Below are positions 1 through 10,767 of a stretch of DNA of 64,000 nt, in pieces (the stretch's first letter is position 1; every line of letters begins with the position of its first letter). The notes beneath the pieces were generated by a model. It made no database searches. It saw only the letters and a program-made list of their open reading frames with translations, and was not told the DNA's origin. The stretch spans positions 14,322,001 to 14,386,000 of the forward strand of contig NC_043018.1 in assembly GCF_006345805.1 (NCBI RefSeq), read 5' to 3'. Position numbers and translations under genes: made by a program. This DNA comes from Octopus sinensis (Eukaryota).

Positions 1-1880
1 AAGATTGGAACCAGATTTCTGTTCCAACTTGAATTCCTCCAGTTTGGCAGATGCCACTGCTTCAACTTCCTGCTGTTTTTGTAGAGAATCCTCATCAATA
101 AGACTGGCCGGCACATTGTTGCTGACGTGTCCACTGACCGATGGCTTTGCTTCTGATTGTCCAGCTGTTGTTGCTTCTGTTGATGGCTCCACTTTAGAAA
201 CAGAGGTTTGGAAAAGTTCCGTTGCAGCACCAGATTCCGTTTCAGTGCCACCATCTTCAGTGTTATTGTTTTGGCTCACAACAGGCGACTCTTCCTCCTT
301 ATAGATAGATGACACTTTCTGGTGGCACATGGGACAAGCATCCTTCACATAGAGCCACTTTCGCAGACAGAACCCGTGGAAGAAGTGGTTGCACTTGGTA
401 ATCCGAGCGACAGTCATCTCCTGGAAGCATATCGCACACACATCTCCGTGCGTTTTCAACTGCTCCTGGCTGGCACATGGCATCGATTCCAGCATCTTGA
501 CAGCCTCCCGCCGTTGCAGGAAGCTCTTCCAGCCACTCTGCAGTCGCTGCCAGACATTGAAGTAACAGTGAATGATGAGGATGGACGAGTTGATCCAGCT
601 CCACACACCGAACAGCGTCTCCTTCAGTCCGTAACACACAACAAAAACGGCAACGATGAACTCGAGAACACGAGTGGTCGACCGAGCGTAGTAGATGACG
701 TCATCGAGCGACTCCCACGGCTCATTGCGTACGTAGTCATACATGAAGAGGACGTAGATAGCAAGGGAGCCGATGACCTGCACAGAGGTCAGCAAACAGC
801 TGGAGATGATAACGAGCAACCAGAAGTCGAGGTCAAGGTACTGACAGATCATGTACGTCATGTAGAGAGGAAACATCCAGAGGAAAGTACACAGTACAAC
901 GGCCCTCAAATGTTTAAAGATGCTGCCATTCCGAGAAGCACTAAGGGTCAAGAGGATGGGGTCGGTCATCTCGTACATGGATTGAATCAAAGACGAAGCC
1001 ACAATGAACAACAAGATACTCATAAGAAAGGCACGCTGCAAGGGCCGTAGCTCTAAAAGACCAGTCTGCATTGCAATCAGCAGCATTGTGAAGCCCTCAG
1101 TCCATCCTCGCATTCCATCGTTGTCATGGCCAATGGCATTCCAGCCTTGCAAGTAGAGTTTAGTGAGGGTCAGGATGTAGTAGGATGCATAAGAGATTGT
1201 GACACACAGTGCAAACAGACTGACCGGTGTTGCACAGCACTCACCAATACTAGCCAAGACCATCACCAGCCAACCCTCCTGGATGATCGGGTTGTTTTCA
1301 GCACTCAGGTATATGTAGAGCTGTGTGCAAAACAGAACCATCCAGAACAAGAGAAGCTGTGTGGGTAACATTATTGTGTGCCACAGAGAGACAATTATCG
1401 GTAGCCAGCCTGTGGCATTTATTATTTGCCACAGACGATTGATTTCTGATTTGACAAAATCCAAAGTGCAGCTGAGACTATTGAACAGGTGCAGAAGAAT
1501 GACGGAAATAATGACAGTCGAAGCAACATTGTGGACAGCGCTCAGGTGTTCGACAGGAACACCTGCCAGGTGGGCCAACACAGGTGTAGAGAATGCCAGA
1601 GTCAAGTATTTTGTCCAATTTTTAATGTCTAGCAGGTAGGCTATCAGGGCTCCTATGAGCCATTGGATGCAAAGATACAAGAGTAATTCTTGAATGCGAG
1701 CCGGGTTCTCACGCAAATCATTGAAAGGAGAATGGTCGAAGCCCAAGGTCTTCTCATCCTCGACGTAGGAAAAGGACACATGGTAACTTACTGTCAGGAG
1801 CAGCGCACTGACTAAGTACATGTAGAAGTTGACCAGTTTCTTCAGTGGTAACACAGCAAGTGTTATGGCCAAAATGAAAG
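1..1880 (-). CDS. RNF145: RNF145-type multi-pass ER membrane E3 ubiquitin ligase, large coding exon (open at left window edge)
   Basis: Manually translated minus frame, no stop seen in the parts read: FILAITLAVLPLKKLVNFYMYLVSALLL...MLPTQLLLFWMVLFCTQLY...SIGECCATPVSLF...GWTEGFTMLLIAMQTGLLELRPLQRAFLMSILLFIVASSLIQSMYEMTDP...RING-H2 DVCAICFQEMTVARITKCNHFFHGFCLRKWLYVKDACPMCH. Matches recalled human RNF145 motifs (IAECCSTPYSL, GMTEGVTLLILAVQTGL, CAICYQDM...WLYVQETCPLCH). Polypyrimidine acceptor ...ttttatttcAG at 1881-1882, phase 1. Confidence 0.95.
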
Positions 1881-2879
1881 CTGAAATAAAAAAAAAAAAA
1901 AAAACATCAAAAATGTAGTAACGATATATGTATATAGATATATAAACAAAGATATAGATATATGCACATAGATAGATATACATATACTGATATATATATA
2001 ATAAAAAAAATTTAAAAAAGGAAGAAAAGACACAAGAAAAAACGTGAGGACGTGGTGCGTGCAAAGAATTAAAGGATGCTCACAGAAGGAAAGAAAGGTT
2101 GTTTACCATTTCGAAGAAAACTCTTCTTCGGAATAGGAGACAGAGGAAAGTCCAAGAGAAAGTGAATAAAAAAAAAAAAATTGCCAACAATCCACAGGTA
2201 ATGACAGACAGACATATGTAGGTAGACAGGTAAATAGATATAGACAGACAGGTAAATAGATATAGACAGACAGACAGATGGATATACATAGACTGACTGA
2301 CAGACAGATGGAAAGAGAGATAGATATAAATGGACAGAGAGTTTGTGTGTGTTTGTGTTGTGCAATATATTAGCAGAGAAAGTTTCAAGAGTTTTTCAAG
2401 AATGGATTCTGATCTAACAAAATATATTAGATTCTGTTCTTAAACAAAGGAAAAGCAACCCTTTCGCATTGCTAATTTATTCACATCATTTTGAGTTAAT
2501 TGCGTATTATTTCGTAGCTTCAAGATTTTGACGACAGGTTCGTTTATTTTTACAATAACATTGTAAGGTGGGTTTTGGAAGCTGAAACTGGTTGGTTTGA
2601 GCATAAAACAAGGTAAAATACCCAGGACAAGTATGTCCAGAGACTGTATGAAGAGAGGAGGAGGAGATGTCATCATCAACCCCTGCAACTGTTGATTGGG
2701 GTCAATTTCGGTACCACAGGGTTTGCCTATCTCATAACGGTCTCAACAGTCAGATCCACTCCCACAAGGATGAATGTCTTGGATCAATGACGTCATCACC
2801 TTTGACGGGCCGTCATAAGCAGATGTCAAAGGGTTATAAAACAATTCATGTCAATAATCTGATTAATCTATTCACTTAC

Positions 2880-3075
2880 CTGCATAATAAATGAAATTGG
2901 CCACGAGGTGGACATCTTTGGCTCTGGTCCCCACCGGGACACTCTTCAGAGGGTCAGTACGAAAGCAGAGTTCTACAATGAATAGCGATGGGATCCGCAA
3001 CACAACAGCTACTCCAGTCTCCAGCTGTTCCCGATGGATCTTGGACAGGAACCGAGTGATGCAAGATGGTGGCAT
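2880..3075 (-). CDS. RNF145: RNF145-type E3 ligase, first coding exon
   Basis: MPPSCITRFLSKIHREQLETGVAVVLRIPSLFIVELCFRTDP...NFIYYA resembles the RNF145 N-terminus (EKLEAVLNVALRVPSIMLLDVLYRWD). Ends G|gtaagt (donor 2879-2874), phase 1, joining the 1880 exon in frame. Acceptor-like tttcaaatttAG just upstream of the ATG implies a further 5'UTR exon. Confidence 0.9.
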
Positions 3076-3282
3076 CTTACTAAATTTGAAATGGAACAAC
3101 AAGGACAGTGAAAGAACAAGTGAAAGAAAAACACCTTATCATCATCATCATCATCATAAACACTAAATTGTCTACATACATAAGCTAATTAGTTACTCTC
3201 AGATTAATTAGCGATAATGAATATTTTTGATGCAAAATACCAAATTTTCTAATGTAATTCTTTTATTTTCCATCGTTTACTT

Positions 3283-3642
3283 GCTTCTGTGGCCATGTTG
3301 GAGCATCACCTTGAGGAATTATAGTCAATCTAATTGAAACCAGTACTCACTTTCTTGTTAAGTCTGGTATTTATTCTATCAGTCTCTTTTGCCCAAACTG
3401 CTAAGTTACAGGGACATGAACACACCAACACCAGTTATCAAGCAAGTTGGGATGGATAAACACACTCACACACATACGATGAGCTTCTTTCAGTTTCTGT
3501 CTACAAAATCCATTCAAAAGGCTTTGGGCGGCCCAGGGATATATAGTAGAAGACGCTTACCCAAAAATTCCACACGGTGGGACTGAACTTGGGACCATGT
3601 GATTGGAAAGCCAATTTCTTATCACACAGCCACACCTGTGCC
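3283..3642 (-). mobile_element. tRNA-derived SINE (family A), diverged copy
   Basis: Reverse complement matches the SINE copies at 22744-23160 and 23293-23732 (ggctgtgtg...gttcagtcccac head; ...gctccaacatggccacag tail). Confidence 0.8.
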
Positions 3643-3678
3643 AATGTTAAGAATTTTGTTTGCTACTACTTCATTTGT

Positions 3679-3930
3679 GGAGGCACGTGGCTTAGTGGTT
3701 AAGGTGTCGGCACCATGATCGTAAGATTGTGGTTTCGATTCCTGGACCGGGTGACGCGTTGTGTTCTTGAGCAAAACACTTCATTTCACGTTGCTCCAGT
3801 CCACTCAGCTGGCAAAAATGAGTAACGCTATGATGGACTGGCGTCCCATCCAGCTGGGGAACACATACGCCATAGAAACCAGGAAACCGGGCCCATGAGC
3901 CTGGCTAGGCTTTAAAAGGGGTGCATTTAT
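3679..3930 (+). mobile_element. tRNA-derived SINE (family B)
   Basis: A-box tggcttagtgg and B-box ggtttcgattcc; 3' part (gactggcgtcccatccag...gaaaccgggcccatgagcc) is shared with the element at 5033-5310. Confidence 0.8.
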
Positions 3931-4099
3931 TTTTTATTTAACTACTTCATTTAAGTTCAATCCCAACGTAGTACCTTGGGCAAGTGTTTTCAACTGTAGC
4001 CAAATGGCTGGCCCATGCCAAACTAGTGGAATCAGCTGAACAGAAACTGTGCTGAAGCCTATTAGAAATCATCATCATCATTATTACTATTATTATTAT

Positions 4100-4770
4100 T
4101 AAGATTGCAAAACCATTAGCATGCCAAGTAAAATGTTTAGCAGCATTTAACCTGTCTTTACATTCTGAGTTCAACTTCTACCTCAGAGGTCAACTTTGCT
4201 TTCATCCTTTTGAGGTCAATGAAATAAGTACCAGTTAAGCACTTGGGTCAAATATAACCGACTAGCTCCCTCCACCAAAATTCCAGGCCTTATGCCTTTA
4301 ATAGAAAGGATTATCATTATTATTATTATTATTATTACTACTACTACTACTGAGCTGGTAGAATCGTTAGCACACCAGGCAAAATGCTTAGCAGCATTTT
4401 TATGTTCTGAGTTCAAATTCCACCAAGGTCAACTTTGCTTTTCATCCATTCAGGGTTGATAAAAAAAAAATAAGTACCAGATGACTACTGGGGGTCGATG
4501 TAATCAACATACACACCCACCCAAAGTTGCTAGCCTTGTGCCAAAATTTGAAAGTGGTTATTATTATTGAGCTGGCGGAAATGTCAGCATGATGGACAAA
4601 ACGCTTGGTCACATTTCGTCCATCTTTGTGTTCTGAGTTCAAATTCTGCTGAGGTCAGCTTTACCTTTCAGGTGCCAATAAGATGAGCACCAGTTGAACA
4701 TGGGTTGATGTAATCGACCAGCCCCTAGCCCCACAAAATTTTAGTCTTTGTCTCTATAATACAAAGGATT
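4100..4770 (+). mobile_element. Three head-to-tail tRNA-SINE copies (family C) separated by (ATT)n/(ACT)n tails
   Basis: Three ~200-nt diverged units (about 4100-4311, 4352-4558, 4569-4770), each with ...ttctgagttcaa..., ...aggtcaactttgc..., aataagtaccag..., followed by ATT-rich tails. Confidence 0.85.
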
Positions 4771-5032
4771 ATTATTGTTGTTGTTGTTGTTGCTGTTCTA
4801 TGTCAGCTTTTCCCCTATGCTGCCAGAGCTTAGACAAGACTCTTTCAGGCAGACTTCCAAGGTTCGCTTCTCTTCTTGATGCTACAATTTTGCTTATGAA
4901 AGACATGAGTAAATAAAAAAAAGTAACTATAAGGTACCCCAGCATGGCCACAGCCTCAAGGCTGAAACATAAAAGAAGAAAGATTGCAGAAGTCAGGAAA
5001 ATGCAAAGCCATATGGAAACACACACACACAC

Positions 5033-5310
5033 AATTAGTGGTTAGAGCAACGGTCGAAGGATCGCGGATTCGAATCTCAGACCGGGCGATGTGTGTGTTT
5101 ATGAGTGAGAACACCTAAGCTTCACGCGGCTCCGGCAGAAGGTAATGGCGAACCTCTGCTGACTCTTTCGCCACAAATTTCTCTCGCTCTTTCCTCCTGT
5201 ATCTTGCAGCTCACCTGCGACGGACTAGCGTCCCGTCCAGGTGGGGAACCTATACGCCAAGAAACCGGAAAACCGGCCCTTATGAGCCAGGCATGGCTCG
5301 AGAAGAAACA
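5033..5310 (+). mobile_element. tRNA-derived SINE related to family B
   Basis: tagtggttagag A-box, ggattcgaatct B-box; 3' domain shared with 3679-3930. Confidence 0.75.
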
Positions 5311-5869
5311 AATAATAAATAAAGAAACAATCGTGTGTGTGTGTGTGCAATTCAGTTTGTAATTTAGGTTATGAAGTTTTAAATAATACAGTCAGTCTTA
5401 CCATATCCTAGTTTTACTGTTATGCACTTAAAATATTTAACCTAATTTTCAGTTCTAGTTTTTGATCAATGAAGGTCATCTCCTACAAACAAAATGTATG
5501 TCAAAAACTTATGATCCATTGACTTAGAAACAATGTAAGCTACCTGATCACATTGAGTCTGATCACTATCAGTTTTAACGTCCAATTTTCCATACTTACA
5601 TGGGTCAGGCAGATTTTCTAGGCTCAGATACCCTCTTCTTGTTGCCAACCCTCACCCGTTTCCAAGTGAGGTTATATTTCCTCATGACCAGGCATATTTA
5701 CATGGAAGTTTGGAGAGGAAGGACAATGCGTGCATGAGAGTAACATTCATTTACAGGTATCATACAAAATCAAGGTAAGCCTTCCAAGTGCCAACAACTT
5801 TACAGAATGTACTGGGTGCTCCCCCCCCCCGCCATAACACCAGCCGAAGAGAGGTGTCAAATTCTAAAC

Positions 5870-6419
5870 CAGGGATTCTCAACCATTTTTTTCTTATCTA
5901 AGGACCCCTCTGAAATACTACTTTATTTTGGTGGACCCCCACAGCTATTCAATGTCTAAAAACTAAATTCCATAGAAACTTCTTTCAAAATTCCTATTTT
6001 ATTTTCCTCACATTAACTTGTGTAAGTTGAACTATGTAAAATGTTAGAGAAAGAAACCTAGCTGCTTCTTTTAATATATACCAATACATACATCTAAAAC
6101 AGTGCAGGTGGCACGTAAAAAGCACCCACTACACTCACGGAGTGGTTGGCGTTAGGAAGGGCATCCAGCTGTAGAAACTTTGCCAGATAAGACCGGAGCC
6201 TGGTGCAGCCTTCTGGCTTCCCAGATCCCCGGTCGAACCATCCAACCCATGCTAGCATGGAGAACGGACGTTAAACGATGATGATGATGATGAAAACAAA
6301 ACTTTTTCAAGGGCCCTTAAAATATTGTGGGTCCCCAATTCACCATTTTGTTGCATGGACCCCACCAAAATCTTATATGGAAGCTCTGGGGCCATAAGAA
6401 CCTCAGTTGAGAACCACTG
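5870..6419. mobile_element. hAT (Charlie-like) MITE with a nested SINE 3' part (~6102-6293)
   Basis: TIRs CAGGGATTCTCAAC / GTTGAGAACCACTG; 8-bp flanks ttctaaac / ctttaaac (6/8). Nested piece ends ggacgttaaacgatgatgatg. Confidence 0.7.
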
Positions 6420-6872
6420 CTTTAAACATTACTAAATGGTCCCCTTGACCTTACATTTTACAGAGCATACTAGGTGCATTTTTCTTTTTTCCTTCATGAC
6501 ACCAGCACCGAGACGGTAACTGTTTGCTGAACACACTTCAAAGGATTTCACAACTCTATGTCTCTGCTCACTCACCAACCTCTTGACAAGGTGAGAAGCA
6601 TAAGGAATGTAGAGACGAATAACAGTGACAATTTTTATGAGGGATGTGTGATAGGGGTACTCAGCATTCAAAAGTATGCACATTCAGGGTAACTTAACCA
6701 AGATGATATAACAATAAGAGAAATGCTATAAATGACCAATTTGCAGAAGACTTAGGGGTGGGTCAAGAACGAGATGGTTGGATAATATTCACCGTCTCAG
6801 TGAGTCACACTCAAGAATCTAAGTTTAAAGTCTAATGATGGTTGCTTCTGATAGGACCCTACGGAGGAGGCG

Positions 6873-6912
<40 letters not shown>

Positions 6913-6939
6913 GTATGTATGTATGTATGTGTGTGTATA

Positions 6940-7145
6940 TGCTTGTGTGCCTGTATTTGTCTCTGCAACATCGCTTGACAATCGATGCTGGTGTGTTTAC
7001 ATCCCCTGCAACTTAGCGGTTCGGCAGATGAGACCGATAGAATAAGTACTAGGCTTACAAAGAATAAGTCCTGGGGTCGATTTGCTCGACTAAAGGCGGT
7101 GCTCCAGCATGGCCACAGTCAAATGACTGAAACAAGTAAAAGAGT
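6940..7145 (+). mobile_element. SINE family A, 3' half
   Basis: Near-identical to the 3' half of 22744-23160 (cttagcggttcggca...ggcggtgctccagcatggccacagtcaaatgactgaaacaag). Confidence 0.85.
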
Positions 7146-7733
7146 AAAGTGTAAGAGTAGAGTATGTAAATATATACACACACACACACCTATGTGTGCC
7201 TATATATATATATATACCGAAATATCTGTGAGTATGTGTATGTGTGTAGCTATCCTGACATGTAGACATATACGAGTGTAAAGTGTTTCCAACACTGCAC
7301 TAGCTTTAGTCATTACCAAAATATGAGCTTGCAATACCTTTAAGGCGATCTTTAAATAGCAACTGTAACTCCTGCAAAGCATCTCTGATGTTTATTTCCA
7401 CACACACACACACACATTCATCATGCATTATATATATATACATATATCATACATACAAATAAAAAGGTGAGTATAAATGATGTTCATTACTTCATTACGT
7501 CATTAGATATACCTTGTGTTGTATATGACAGTGTTAAAGACCAGTCTAATTGGGAACACAACCACGGATTCACAATATAGAATGACGATGAACTTATGAC
7601 CTGGGAAACTGCCGCAGGAATACGCGCTGTTCTTTACCAATCTAAACAATACTGTTAGTCTTGTGTATTTGTACTAAAAGAGGGCATATAAAGTATTTTG
7701 CCCGGACTGATAGTCAGCCCCTCATTAAAAACT

Positions 7734-7775
<42 letters not shown>

Positions 7776-8062
7776 TATATATAACTCTCCCAGATGTAGA
7801 ACAGGTACATACGCAATGTGCCGAATGTCATGGTTGACGCCAGGAAGAGCATCCATCCACGGAGGACTGCACCGGAAAATCGTCCCAGCAAAGCCAGCAT
7901 GTTGGAAACGAAATGAAAAGCCGACCGTGGGGTGTTGTTAAACTGACCTAAGTTGGCGTATTCGGAAGTGTGCGCGTGTGCCAATTATACATATACTCAC
8001 CCATATACATATAAATGTAGCATATATATATATATATATACACACACACGCATAAATGTAGC

Positions 8063-8113
<51 letters not shown>

Positions 8114-8224
8114 CACACACACATAAATGTAGCATATATATATATATATATACACAAACACACACACACATATATATATATACACACACACACATATAAA
8201 TGTAGCACATATATATATATACAT

Positions 8225-8259
<35 letters not shown>

Positions 8260-8351
8260 CACATGTATATACATTTCTCTTTTACTAGTTCCATCCATGC
8301 GGCTGCGGTTATATACATCTATACACAAATACAAGCGCGCACACCCACATC

Positions 8352-8385
<34 letters not shown>

Positions 8386-8689
8386 TGCACATCAACAGAC
8401 CCCAGAATCGTGTGTGTATATGATTTATCCTTATATACACCAACACAACACATTTGTTTACCTTTTCCTCCTTGTGTTTTTTGTTCCTTTTCCCCTCTTC
8501 AGATGAATGTTTGTTAAAGTTTGGGTGGGTGGTCGGGTGTTTTTCTTTGGTCCACCTCCACTGGACGTCGACCTCTGACTAGGCCAGGGCAAGAATCGGG
8601 TTTGCTCTCTCTCTCTCGCTCTCTCTCTCTACCAAAGCAGCAACCAAAGGAGGCCTCGACGGGTCAAAACCCAAAAGATTTCATGGCAA

Positions 8690-8790
8690 ACCAACGTCTC
8701 CACAAAAACATTACGACACTGCGCCTGCGCTCACACAACATCCGTTTCCGGTGTCACTAACCATTTTACGTTTTACTACGCTCTCTCTCT
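8690..8790 (-). promoter_or_regulatory. Candidate CpG-rich promoter upstream of RNF145
   Basis: Unique CpG-rich island between microsatellites with NRF1-like gcgcctgcgc, ETS-like ttccgg and YY1-like ccatttt motifs; possible minus-strand donor (gaaaag|gtaaac) near 8461. Motif-based inference only. Confidence 0.35.
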
Positions 8791-9390
8791 CTCTCACTCT
8801 CCCTCTATATCGCACGCTTCTCTCTCTCTCTCTCTCTCTGTCTGTGTGTGTTTGTGTCTCTCTCTCTGTCTCTATCTCTCCCTCTATATTGCATGCTTCT
8901 CTCTCTCTCTCTCTCTGTCTCTGTGTGTCTCTCTCTCTTTCTCTCTACCTCTATCGCTCTCTCCCTCTATATCGCACGCTTCTCTCTCTGTGTCTGTGTG
9001 TGTTTGTGTGTGTGTCTCTCTCTCTCTCTATCTCTCCCTCTATATTGCAAGCTTCTCTCTCTCTCTGTCTCTATCTCTCCCTCTATATTGCACGCTTCTC
9101 TCTCTCTCTGTCTGTGTGTGTGTCTCTCTCTCTCTGTCTCTCTACCTCTCTCTCTCTTTCTCTACCTCATTTTCTGTGTATGTGCCTGTCTCTCTCTTTC
9201 TTTTTCTCTCTCACTTCCTATTAGATGTTCTCTCAATACGCTTCTGTCTGTCTCTCTCTTTTCTCTATCTACCACTTTCTCTCTCTCTTTCTCTCTCTCT
9301 GTCTCTCTCTCTACCTCTCTTTCTCTCTTACTGTCTCTCGGCTTTTTTTCTTTTTCAAATCACTTTATCTCTTTCGCTTTCTCTCTTCTC
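8780..9390. repeat. (CT)n/(GT)n compound tract with a recurring ctctccctctatattgcacgctt spacer
   Basis: Directly visible; the spacer recurs about six times. Confidence 0.9.
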
Positions 9391-9615
9391 CATCAGTTCC
9401 GATGTTTTTCGCAATCAGTAATAAATGATGCTACATGGTTTTTCTAGGCGCGCGCCTGTGTCTCTTTTACAAGTTTGGCCTTGTTTCATTCTTATGTTGC
9501 GTCTTCGTTGCCAAACAGTTTGGCACCTGCGATGCTAAAGGCAAACCTCACCAACATCAAATACCTGCATATATTTAGTGTTACGCAGACACCCACCCAA
9601 CACGTAAGAAATTCC

Positions 9616-9653
<38 letters not shown>

Positions 9654-9679
9654 GTCTATATCTTTTAATTTTCCCTTGT

Positions 9680-9995
9680 TTCGGTCATTAAACTGCGGTC
9701 ATGCTCGAGTACCGCCCTGAATAGCGTTTTTTTTCCTTCTTTTTTCTTTCTTTTTGTCGAATGAATCGAACCCAGTACTTATAACAACTAAGTTACAGGG
9801 ACGTAAACACGCCAACACCGGTTGTCAAGCGGTGGTGGGGGACAAACAGACACAAAGATAAATAGACACACACACACACACACACACTCACAAGGCTTTG
9901 GTCGGCCTGTGACTATATTAGAAGGTGCCGCACGGTGGGACTGAACCTGGAGCCATGTTATTGGGAAGCAAGCTTCTTACCACACAGCCACCGAC
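9680..9995 (-). mobile_element. SINE family A
   Basis: Reverse complement of the family A head (ggtgggactgaacc) and body (acagggacgtaaacac...caagcggtggtgggggac). Confidence 0.85.
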
Positions 9996-10467
9996 ACTCA
10001 CACAGAGAATTCTAAAATCCATTTCAGCCGATTTTACTAATCGGTTTCGTACACGATCAGCAATTTCGCTACTCACCATAGAGGCTGGTGAACGCAACAC
10101 GTTAACCACTATGCTAACGCCTTCACGTAAACACGTATACATCTGTGTGTGTGTGGAGAAAGAGAGAAACGTGCGTATGCGTGCGTGTGTGTGTGTGTGT
10201 GTTGTACTATATACATATGCGAACGTGACTAACACCACGTCAACAATGAATCGTCTGACGTTACATGAAAATATGTGTGTGTGTGTGTGTATATATATGT
10301 GTGTGTGTGTGTGTGCATATGTATAGATAGATAAAGAGGGAAAGAGAGAGAGAAAGATAGGTAGATATACTCTCTCTCTCTCTCTCTTTTACTCATTTAC
10401 TTGTTTCAGTCATTTGACTGTGACCATACTGGAGCACCGCCTTTAGTCGAGCAAATCGACCCAAGGA

Positions 10468-10516
<49 letters not shown>

Positions 10517-10547
10517 TATATATGATTGATTTTTGATTGATTGATTG

Positions 10548-10703
10548 ATTCTAGTTTCAGCTTATGAGCTGTGGCCATGCTGGGGCACCGCCATTTGGTG
10601 TTGCTACTTGGTTTCACTTCATGGGGGCTTTCTAGCAACTGCTATTTGGTGCATGAGAGAGTTCGATGCAGCTGCCCTCATCTGCCCCTCCTGCCGTGAA
10701 GTT

Positions 10704-10705
<2 letters not shown>
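10548..10705 (-). mobile_element. 3' terminal fragment of a CR1-type LINE
   Basis: Minus strand encodes PTSRQEGQMRAAASNSLMHQ, homologous to the ORF2 end at 14260-14350 ([21 protein letters not shown]); same 3' tail. Confidence 0.85.

Positions 10706-10762
<57 letters not shown>

Positions 10763-10767
<5 letters not shown>

Noticed and set aside
322-1050. 242-aa plus-strand ORF (also 5-304, 1126-1368, 1325-1639)
   Set aside because: Antisense shadows of the RNF145 exon; the opposite strand carries the recognisable protein.
3679-3760. tRNA genes at SINE heads
   Set aside because: A/B boxes present but no complete cloverleaf; they continue into SINE bodies.
5120-5170. HDV-like core in a SINE (gcttcacgcggctccggcagaagg...gcgaa)
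   Set aside because: No matching P1/P2 5' strands; better explained by a simple gcagaag/cctctgc hairpin.
7938-9447. Many YI/CV/SL/HT-repeat ORFs here and throughout the window
   Set aside because: Stop-free frames of (TA)n, (TG)n, (CT)n and (TACA)n microsatellites.
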